In this document: positions 34,501 through 46,500 of the stretch, one piece after another
Numbering within the stretch: position 1 is the first letter of the stretch
Layout: every line of letters begins with the position of its first letter
Virus record (IMG/VR): IMGVR_UViG_3300021093_000083
Coordinates: 1 to 59,245 of that record
Direction: 5' to 3' (one strand)
Source of the DNA: a virus
Taxonomy: Duplodnaviria > Caudoviricetes
DNA: 59,245 nt
Program-made: the position numbers and the translations under genes
The notes under the pieces: model-generated
Told to the model about the DNA's origin: nothing
Seen by the model: only the letters and a program-made list of their open reading frames with translations
The model's database searches: none

Positions 34501-37500
34501 ATGTCACAAAATACTAATCTGAACGTAGCTCCATATAATGATGATTTCTCAAAAGATAAGAATTTTCATAAGGTTCTCTTTAGACCTGGATATCCAGTAC
34601 AAGCTAGAGAACTAACAACACTCCAATCAATTCTACAAAATCAAATTGAAAATATAGGTCAACATTTCTTCAAAGATGGAGGAATGATTATTCCTGGTCA
34701 ATTGAGTTATGACTTACAATGTCATGCTATTTTAGTACAATCAACTTTCCTTGGTGCAGCAGTAGAGTCATATAGAAATCAATTAGATGAAATAGAACTT
34801 TATGGTATTAAATCTGGAGTTTCTGCCAAAGTTCAATTTAGTATTTCTGCAAAAGAATCAACGAAGAAGTTTATTACTTTATATGTAAAGTATATTGCTT
34901 CTGGTCAAGACAATGTAACTAGAAGATTTGATGATAATGAAGAGTTATATGCTAACGTTGACATTACAATTGGGGGAAGACTTGTTGAAGCTGGATCTCC
35001 AATCCTCAAGTTAATTCCAAAAAAGTCTAGATACGTTGGATCTTGTGCTTATATTAATAGTGGAGTTTATTTCATCAGAGGATTCTTTGTTGATGTAGCA
35101 ATTCAAAGAGTTCTTCTAGATCAATATTCCAATGAACCGTCATATAAAATTGGATTTGATATTTCAGAATCTATTATCACTCCAGAAGATGATGAATCTT
35201 TAAATGATAATGCTTTTGGATCAAGTAATTATAATGCTCCAGGAGCTCATAGATTCAGACTAAGATGTACTCTTACTAAGAGACTTTTAGATGATCCTGG
35301 AGATAAAAATTTCTTAGAACTTCTAAGATTAGAAGAAGGTAGAGTTTTAAGACTCAATAAAAGAGAACCATTTTCTGAACTAGAAAGATCAATTGCCAGG
35401 AGAACATACGACACTCATGGCGATTACATGACCAAACCATTTGGTATTATGGTCAAGGAATCTTTAAATGATGGTCTTAATAATGGTGTATTTGAAGAAG
35501 GAGATACAACAGCTCAAGGAAATGCTCCTGGTGATGATTTGTATACAGTAGAAATTAGCCCAGGTAGAGCATATGTTCAGGGTTATGAGATTTCTACTGA
35601 TGCGCCAACATACTTAGATTTACAAAAATCTAGAGAAGTAGAAAAATTAACAAATCAAATTCTTCCATTTGAACAAGGAGATTACTTCTTAGTTAAGAAT
35701 TTGAGGGGACTTCCTTTTATAAGTAATTCTGGTGTTCTTGCAAATCATTATCAAACTATTGAATTTTATGATTCATTCTATGAAGATACCTTTGCTGAAG
35801 GTAGAAACATGGTTGGTATGGCCAGATGTATTGGTATTGATAGATTAGGTAATAACCAATTTAAGTTATATGTTGGTGACGTACAACTATTCACTTTGAT
35901 CAAACTTCAAACTGCAATTGATACAAATAATGAACTTAGACCACTATTAAGGCAGGGAGATGAAATCACTGGTGACTCAAGTAAGGCAAAAGGTATCCTT
36001 GCGTATGATCCAGATGAAAATATATTAAGAGTTTATCAAGTTGCTGGACAATTTATAAAAGGCGAAAGATTAAGAAGAGATGGATCCCTAATTGCATTTA
36101 GAGATGATGCTGAAAATTATAAGAGATCTCAAAATGTAACAGTACAAGGAGTATACAATTATGACTTTAGTGATGTCAAAAGACTTAATGGTACTTATAT
36201 TTCAGCTGATCAACAATTAGTAGAAGAATTCTATTGTGATACTTTTCTTTCTGATTCTTTTGCTGTACCTTCAGATAAAATTCAATTTGTAAAAGAACAA
36301 GAAGTAGTAACTCCTAGAACTATTACTGTAAACTGCGTCCAAGCTGAGGTAGTTACTACCAAATCGCCTGCTGCTAGAGTAACTCTACAAAGAGAAACTG
36401 TTCTTTTAGCTAGCCAAGATAGTAAGAGATATAAGCCTAATTCTTTTGTTAGAAACACTCAAAATTATTCTGTAACCAAAACTATAACTCCAAGTACAGG
36501 AAACGTAACCAAATCATGCGATTTTGTTGCCGGCAGTTCCACACTTGCAGTTGTTAGTGGTGGATTAACTGGAATCGAAGTTGGCAATAAAGTAACTGGT
36601 AATGGAATAAGTAATGGAACATTTGTAATTGCAACTTCTACTGTTGGTGGAGTTAATGTTGTCGATCTTAACCAAGCTGTTTTTTCATCTGGAAATAATG
36701 TATCTGTAACTTTTAGAGAATCAAAGTGTACTGTTAACAGCGCTACATCTCTAGCAGTAGGACAGAGACTTATTGGTAGCGGAATTCCTAACAATACTTT
36801 TATTAGATCTATTAGTGGCACCACAGTATTCTTGACAGATGCTCCTACATCTAATGCTTCTGTAACTGCAACATTTATTGTTGCAACTAAGTTTGCTAAA
36901 ATCATTCAAAAGAAAACAGAGAGAGTCAATATTGCAATTTTAGAAGACGAAAATAATACCAATAAGAAAGGTAAAAAAGTTAAGAAACCAGTCTTTAGAT
37001 TTTTTACTAAATTAGTTCTAGAATATTGTAACCATCTAGGGCAAACTTTATCAGTTCCTGAATCTGGAAGTTTTAATGTTAGTGATATTCTTTTTAATGT
37101 TCCTGCGATGTCTAACAACATTACGAGAAATGGAAGTTTGACTAATAAAAATTTCATGATTGTTAAAGGTCCATATGGAGCTAATCAAAGAATAAGAGCT
37201 GATTTTGACTATCAATTCTTTACTGAGAATAAAACATCTGATGATATTAGTACAAGAAGAGACACTATCAGATTGTTTGCACATGGATTAAGAACAGGAG
37301 ATATTCTTGAATATCAATTCTTAAGCGGTAAGTATGTTGGTACTAGAGCAAGTACAAACAACGGTCATAATTTCTTACAATCTGGAACTCAATACTATGT
37401 TATTAAAGTTGACAATAACCTTATCAGACTTGCCACCAACCTAACTAATGCTAATGCTAAGAGAGCAATTGATATTACAGAACAAACATATCAAGGAAGC

Positions 37501-40500
37501 GGCGCAAGTTATCACGCATTTAAGAAGGTCAATTCACCTTCATTTAAGACTAATGTAATTAGTCATGCATCTTTCAATATGGACGATCAAGTATTTGGTC
37601 CAGACTTTAGAGGTGAGATTGTAGGGCGCCCTAATGATACAGTTAAAAAGATTAAAGTATTTAATGGTGTACTAAGACCAGGACAAACTATCAAAACCAT
37701 TAGAGACCACGATAGAGTTTTCTTAGCTGCACAATTACTTTCTTCTGCTGGTAGTTCAACTTCTTCTACTACCATAAAAGTTACTAGTGTAGAAGATTTA
37801 TTTGAAAATGATGTAACGTCAATTTCACCTACTAGTCCAGAATTAATTAGAATTGCAAAAGAACAATTAAAAGTTACTGGAGCTGATTGGAGTGTTCTTA
37901 CTACACAGTCACCAGGATCTAGTAGAACATTAAATCCATGGGTTCAGGGCGAACCTGTAGAACTCAATCTAGCGAATGGAACCGATAAAGTAGAAGTATC
38001 TAGATTATTTTATAACCCAGGATACTTCAATTCTGTTGTTACTCTGACTGGCGGTGTTTACCTACCAAGAACTGTTTTCAGTAGAAGTGCGGAGGCTTCT
38101 GTTCCTTTACTCTTTAAGAACTTTGAAGCTGAAACTTACACTTCAACTACATCTGGATCTTCTAAAAAGTTTCAATTTGTAGAGATTCTTGGAGAATCTA
38201 AAGTAACTCAAATCTCAGATACTGCTATAGCAAGATATGCAAGTGAATTAAAGTACTTTGGTGGAAATACAAATTTAACCAAAACTGGTTACGGAACGCA
38301 AGGTAAATATACTATTGAAGTTAATAATCCATCTGGAATTCTTTATGGAATGTTAGTTACTGATAATACTGGAGCTGTACCAGCAAACACTTTTGTAGAA
38401 ACAGTAGTAGGTAATACTGTTACTATATCTAACCCTCTTCTAATAACTATGGGAAGTTCTTCTTCTCAGATAGATCTAACATTTAGTTCTTATTTTCAAA
38501 AAATTATTGCGAAGAAAGTTGGGTTCTCTACAACTGGTTTAACTGGAAACGTAGGATTCACAACACCAGGGACTAGAATAAATTCTATATCTGGATTGCC
38601 ACTTGGTAGTGGAAATACAGAATCTTGGGCTAGGGGTGAAACTGTTGTTCTTAGAAAGGTTAATACTGACTCCCAAGGTAACAAACAAGCAATCTTTATA
38701 TTTGCAAGAATTGAAGATGAAGCTGGAGATTATGACGATTATGTGGGTTCTACTTTCCTAGTGCTTGAAGATTTCTATAGACCTGAAGGCGAATTTAGAT
38801 ATGCTAAGTCAGCAAAACAAGCAACATTTGCTTCAGGAGATACTGTAATATCTCTTACTGGTGTAAGTGATTTAGATACAGGAGATTATGTTATTGGATC
38901 TGGTATTCCCAGCAACACCTCGATTATTTCTATTGATACTACAGCTAACACAATTACTTTATCGGCTGCTACTACATCTGCTCAAAATGGCACTATATTA
39001 AGATTTGAAGATACTCATAATAATGGATATGATTATGTAGACAATGCATATAATACTGCTAGAGATCTTACTTTTAGATCCTCATATAAGTTACCACCAA
39101 CTGCAGGACAGGAGAATGTTACTGATGCAAGTTGGGAAATCTTTAGACCAATTGATGCCGATTGTTTTAGATTAGCTAACACAACGTCAGGTGGAACTCC
39201 GCTTGGTCATATCAATGCGGTTTCAGTTCAATATAATAATGTCGAAGAAAATAAAAATAACCTGACTGCATTTAGAGCTGTGAATCTTACTAAGAAAGTC
39301 ACTCATAGAGGTCCTGGTACTATTCCTGGTCAACACAATGGTCAATTTGTTGGTACAGAAATTAGAAGAATGGATGCAACTGCAAAAGTTGTTACTGTAA
39401 CTATTGATGATAACAGTTTGCCACCAGAAACTGAAGTTGAAGCTGTAATTGAAGGACAAAGAATTACAGGTGAAGTTACTGCAACTGGAAATAGGAATGG
39501 TAGATGTTTTGTTACATTTACAGGAAATAAAGAATTTGAAGTTAGTGATGATGATAATAACAACCTATTCAATCTCAAAGTTAAGAGAGGAGGAACAGTA
39601 ATTAAGGAAATTCCTGACTGTGCTTCATATGAATCTTCAGAGGTTGTAGTTGGAACAAGAACCCAATTTTTAAAAGACCTAAGACCAGGCGATTATATCT
39701 TTAAAGGTAATCAAGCAATTCAGGTTAAGAGACTTGTAGCTAGTGCTGCTAATCAAGGTATTATAACTGAGATTGATATTGTTGAAGATGGTGATGGATA
39801 TGATCCACGTAGATGGAAGAACATCGCTGATTATAGACTTGGTAAATGTGGACAAAACGGAATGCCAGTTAACATTTCACTATTGCAAACTGATCCTGGT
39901 ATGGGTGGCAGTACTAATGATACTTTTGGATTCTTCGGCGGTGGAACAAGCAAGAAAAAACAAGGTAATGCTATTCTAATTGTTGGATCTGATGGTAAAT
40001 TAAATGAAATCAGAATCACAGATAAGGGTGAAGGATATACATGTCCTCCAACATTAAAAGTTCCACCACCAAGAGAAACTGATGGTATCCAAGCGGTTGC
40101 ATTAGCATATGCTAAAGAAGACGCACTTAAAAATACCGTTGAAGGTAATTTTAGATTCATAGTAGAGCCAAATTTAACTGACAAGTTAGGAAAAGAAAGA
40201 CAAAGTATTGCACCTAGATTGCCTTTTGGTACATACACTAAAATATTCAGATTTAGACCAAAATTCTTTGGCAGAGAAAATGGAGATCTATTTACTGAAC
40301 TAGCAAGGTCACCAATTAGAAATACATATGATGAAACATTTAGTATCAGAAAGACCTACGATTCTGCAGTTGAAGAATCAGAAGAATTCCCAGGCAGAAA
40401 GAAAGTTACTTTAACTGCTCCTACTGGATCTCAGTTTGAAACATTTACAACTGATAACTATATGGCAGTTTTGGTTGATAAGATTGGCGTAAGCAATGAG

Positions 40501-43500
40501 TATCCATTACTCAATTTAATTACATCTTCTGAAATTGATAATAGATCTCCTATTATTACATTCACTTCCGATAGAACAAAACTAACAGTTGATAGAATTC
40601 CACCTGGAATAGGTGGAAATAAAACGATTACTGTTTTTTATACAAGTGGAAGTTCAGATGTTTTTTCAGATTCATTCTATTTGAATGATGCAAATTCAAG
40701 ATCAGCTTATACTGACATTGATGAGGATATTTTTCCAGGTATGATTGTAACCGCTGAAGGCGGTGAATCTGTTCTTAACTCGGGAACAACCATTAAAAAA
40801 GTATCTTCAGTAACAGTATCTTTATATGAACTAGAAATTACTGGAGGTACTGTAAAGGCAGATGGTAATCTTAAGTTTACTCCTGGACAAGAATATACTC
40901 TTGATGGAGAAAACTCCGATGGTTCATGTAAAGTCATTGCTCTTACAAATAAAGTAAGTGGAACATCCTATATTATTGTTGAACTGGTTAGAGATTCATC
41001 AAAACCAACAACAAGTATGTCTCTGATTGATAATAGTGGAACTGCTCAAAATATTACCAGTGTCAGTGAAGTAGAAGGACAAAGATTTAAAATTACACTC
41101 AACAATCTAGCTAAGCAAACAGTTAATCAAAAAATTAATGCAACTCCTAACAATGTAACTGATATCCGAGTTCAAACTACAATTGCATTAAATAATGCAT
41201 CTAAGAAGTTGAAGACTTCTGAAAAGATGAGATGTTTAATTGTAAATAATACATTTAAGACTCAGAAAGAAGCTAACAAGTTTGGACTAGTTGTGAATGA
41301 AACTTCATCATTCTTTGGAACTAGAGTTGAAGATGATGTTATTTCATTGGGTGTTCCAGATGCTTGTAAGTTACATGCTGTATATGAAAGTAGAGATAAT
41401 AACCCACCAATCCCACCGTATGTCATTTTAGTTGATTCTAGAGATTATGAAGTTGGTTCTCTAATCAAAGGAAAATCATCATTAGCTCAAGGCCGAGTAA
41501 TTGAGGTTAGTGGAAACAAAGTTTCATTTGTATATCTGACAGACAATAAATTTTCATATGGTGAAATAATTACTGGAATTTCATCTGTTGATGGATTGAA
41601 AACTGATGGTAAAATTTCTACTACAAAGAACCCAGTATCTGTATGGAATGGATCAAAAGATATAACTTCTAATTATGTCCTAGATAATGGTCAAAAAGGT
41701 CAATTTTATGATATTGCTAGAATTGTAAGAAAGCCAGGACAAGTCGTTCCAAGTAGACAGATAATGGTCATCTTCGATCATTTTCAAATTTCTGGAGCTG
41801 GTGAATTTACAACTTCAAATTCATATCTCGATGTTAAATATCAAGATATTCAAAATTTCCAAAACATTAAACTTAGAGATGTTATTGATTTTAGACCATA
41901 TGTTTCTAGGGCCACAACAAATCCAGGTACTTTAAGCTTACCATATAATGTTGATAAAAAATCCTTAGACTTTAGAAACAGAGATTTCACTACTGGATCA
42001 TCTATTGTTATGGATATTCCAAAAGTGGGAACTAACTTTAGATGCAGTTATGACTATTATCTATCAAGAATTGATAGATTATTCTTAGATCCAAATGGAC
42101 AATTCATAATCAAGAAAGGCAAGTCTTCTCAATTCCCACTATCTCCAGATGTTGTAGATAATGCAATGTTCTTAGCTACAATTCAATTAGATCCATATGG
42201 ATTTAATGTTCTTGATGATGTAGAGACAGTAGTTGAAGAACATAGAAGATTCACTTTTAAAGATATTGGAGCAATAGAAAAGAGACTCTCTAGAGTTGAA
42301 TATTATACATCATTAAGTCTTCTAGAAATTGCAACTAAAGATATGAAGGTTGTAGATGCAGATGGATTTGATAGATTTAAAAATGGATTTGTAGTTGATG
42401 ATTTTACATCTCATGATGTATCAGATCTTAACCATCCAGATTATAACTGTTCTCTCGATTTTGTAAGACAGGAGATGAGAGCATCTCACTATACTACTAA
42501 CGTAGCTCTTGCTTTCAATGCAAACTCTTCAACTCACTTTAAACAAGATGGAGATATAATTACTCTACCATATCAAAATGTTATTTATTGTCAACAAGAA
42601 TTTGCGTCTAGACTTGAAAACGTAAATCCATTTGCTGTTATTGGTTGGGTTGGAGTAGTTGTTCTAAATCCAGAATCTGATGATTGGGTTGATATTAAGA
42701 GAGCACCAAATAAGATTACTAAAAGGGAAGGAAACTTTAGTTCAGTATCGAAGGCTCTGAAGGTCAATAGAAGGGGATTTGCTCCACTACAATGGGGAGC
42801 TTGGGAAACACAATGGACTGGAACAAGTACAACTACAAAAATTGAGAGAGAAACATCATTCAGAAACTTTAGACCAGGTAGAGGTCGTCCAATTAATGAA
42901 ATTAAAACAATCGCAACAACAGCGACTCAAGGAAGAACTGGTATTCGAACTAGAGTTGTACCTAAGGTGGATACTGTTAATCTTGGAGATAAGGTTTTGA
43001 GTACAACTTCAATACCTTTCATGAGATCAAGAAATATCACATTTATTGGAACTAAACTAAAACCAAGACAAAGAATTTATATTTTCTTTGATGGTAAGGA
43101 TGTTACAAATCAATGCACACCTAAGATCATTGAAGTTATTAAGAGTGCAAACGAAAACAAAAAATCTAATAATGTTCCTTTCATTATTGGGGAAGATGTT
43201 GTTGGTAGAATTAGTGGATGCAAATTTAAAGTTGTTGCTCCAAATTCTGCATTCCCAGACAATCCTTATATTGGATTAACTTCTGGAAGTGACTTTACTA
43301 AATTGCCAGGTTCGTATTCGGGAAATCTAGGATTTCTAAACATTGATGTTGACTCTGCTGCTAAAAAGGCATTAGGAAATTATAAAGGTAATATTATAGT
43401 TGGAGAACAGTTAGTTGGTCAGAGATCAAGATCTACTGCTGTTGTTAGAGATAGAAGATTTATTACTGATCCAAATGGAATGGTAAGAGGAACATTCTTT

Positions 43501-46500
43501 ATACCAAATCCAAATAAAAAAGGCAACTTACAGTTTGCAACTGGAACGAGAACATTTAGATTGACTTCTTCTTCAACTAATAGTCTTGTACCCTCAGATG
43601 TAGAAACTTCAGCACAGGCTAACTTTTCTGCAACTGGTATCGTAGAAAGAAGACAAAGACAAATTCTTCAAATTAGAAATGCAAGAGTCGTCAGAGATAC
43701 AGTTACTGATAGAAGAACAGTTATTACTTCTACTAGAACTGAAAAGAGACAAATTGGATGGTATGACCCAATTGCTGAGTCTTTCGTTGTTTCCTTAGAA
43801 GGTGGTATGTTCATCACTAAAGTTGATGTATACTTCTTCTCTAAAGATGATAAAATTCCCGTTTCAATGCAGTTAAGAACTATGGAAAATGGTTATCCAA
43901 CGACTACCATCCTTCCACAATCAGAAGTTATTCTGAATCCAAATCAGGTTAAACTATCTGCTGATGCGAGTGTTCCAACAACATTTGAATTTGAAAACCC
44001 AATTTATTTAAATGAAAATCAGGAATATTGTTTCGTCTTACTATCAACCGCAACGACATACAGATGCCACATCTCTAGAATGGGAGATCTAGACTATCAG
44101 GGAAGAGGTATCACAGCTCAACCATACAACGGTGTTCTATTTAAATCACAGAACGCATCAACATGGACGGCTGACCAATATGAGGACATGAAGTTCCAAC
44201 TTTATAGAGCTAAATTTGATATTTCTCAAACTGGAGAAGTTGTATTTAATAATGCACCATTGACAATTTTCAATGAAGGAGTCGAGAATTTAGTTCCAGA
44301 CCCAATTCAAACATTTGATCAAAGAAAAGAGATGGAATTGTTTGGTGGATCTGTAGGACAGAATCCAAACAACTATACAATCGGTGCTAACGTTGTTGAA
44401 TTTATAATGAGTAATGATGGACAAACTCTCTTATCAACTGGAGCTAAAGGTACGGTTCATAGTTATGATAATGGGATAGTTGATAATGAAGACTTATCTC
44501 CCACTTCTGGAAAACGTAAACTGACAATTTCTGATTTAACTGGTAATTTCCAAGTAGGAGTTTTAGCCGGTAAAGTAACAAGAAGAATTACAAGTAGTAA
44601 AGGAAAATGCACCATTAAATTGGATGCATCATTTACAAGTACTATATTTACAGTAGGTTCATTGATTTTCGGTAAAACAAGTAAGTCTTTAGGTATCCTT
44701 GAAAGAACTTATATTGAATCTGGATTCCAATATCTTATATTAAAGAATGTTTGGCATTCTGGTTCTCAACCTTATACTCAAGGAGAATTAATCGAAGTAA
44801 GAACTGATATTATCAACGTTGGATCTAACTTTGAAGCTTCAATTGTTAACGTAACCAACTATGTTGGATATCCAACTCCTAATGGAGATTTTGATACTGA
44901 ATCAAGTTTTGGAGATTCAAGAACTCTATATGTAATTTCTCAACCAATTTACGACCCAGAACTAAAAAGAATTAGGGTATATCATTCAAACCATGCAATG
45001 CATGGATCAAATAATACGGTTGTTCTTTCTGGAGTTATTTCTGAAGTATCACCAACTCAGTTAACAGAAGACATTATTGTTACTGCTGGTAAGGATTCTC
45101 AAGGCAATAACATTTCATTTGATATTAAAGTTTCTGATGCAAGAACATTCCATAAGTTTGTAAATGGAATTCCTATTAGTTCCTCCAACCCAGGATTCAT
45201 TAAGATTGATGATGAAATTCTAGCATATCAATCAATTAGTGATGATGGTAGAACAATTACAATTAAATCTGGTGGTAGAGGTATTCAGGGAACTCCAACG
45301 GGTGAACATGATGTTGAAGATGACGTTCTATGTTATAACTTTGATGGTGTACCTTTAACTGATATTAATAAGACACATACTGAAATTGCAAATCCAGCTA
45401 TCGATTACTATGAAATTAAGATTAATGGCGTTGCGTTTGATGGAATTAAGGGTGGTGGAGAAAATGTCTTTTCAACTCAGAACGTTCAATTTGATGCATT
45501 GACTCCTCAGGTACAATATATTAGTGTACCAGGAACAAGTATTGAGGCAACTCTTAATACTATTAGTGCTTCTAGTATTTCATCGCCAACTCAAACATCA
45601 TTTGTTAACACTGGAGATTATTTAAATGTAATCATAAATGAAACAAATTACTTTGATAATCCAAGAATGATTGCATCTAAGATAAACGAATTGACCAAGT
45701 TAGGAGGCGCTCCTTCTCTAAATCTTAAAATGACTTTAAGTAGTCAATTGGATAACTTATCTCCACAAATTGATTTAGATAGATCCAGTTTAATTTGTAC
45801 TCAAAGTATCATTAATACTCCTAGAGAAATTAATGCTGTTACTGGATTATATCAGGTTGGTACTGGTCTCTATGAAGATTTTGCAGAAACTCAACCAACT
45901 GGAGATAAAAATGAAGCTGTGTACATTTCTAAGTTAACTAAACTAGAAAGTCCATCTCAGGTTCTAAAAGTTATGCTTAATGCTTGGAGAAAACCAGGCA
46001 CTAGAATTAAGTGCTTATATAAAGTTATTCCAGTTGGAAGTAAACTTGAAGCAACAGCTGTTGGTTGGAGTTACTTCAATGCAGGCAGAGGCGCTCAAGC
46101 TGATGTGGATGTTGATGGTGATAGAGTAGGAAGAATAAATGTAACCAACACTGGAGAAAATTATAATTCCAGAGTTAGCATCACGTTCTTTGGTGGTCTA
46201 TCAAATTCATCTACATCAAGACATGCAAAGGCAGAAGCTGTCGTAAATGATGGTAAAATTACTTCAATTAGAGTAACAGATCCTGGTAGAGGATATATAG
46301 CAACTCCTTCAATTTATATTAGTCCAGATCCTACAGAAGGCGGTAAACCAGACAAGGATATTCCAGACGATGATTATGAAAACTTTAGAGAGTATGAATA
46401 TACTGCAGAGGGCTTGAATTTTGATCGATTCCAGGTTAAAATAATCATGCAGAGCGATAACCAAGCTGCTGTTCCTCTCATCAAAGAGTTTAGAAGTATT

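Noticed and set aside
6071-43279. Short alternative-frame + strand ORFs inside large genes (e.g. 6071-6268, 8968-9207, 19589-19792, 31451-31705, 42779-43000)
   Set aside because: Leu-rich off-frame translations typical of AT-rich coding DNA; no SD or homology cues.
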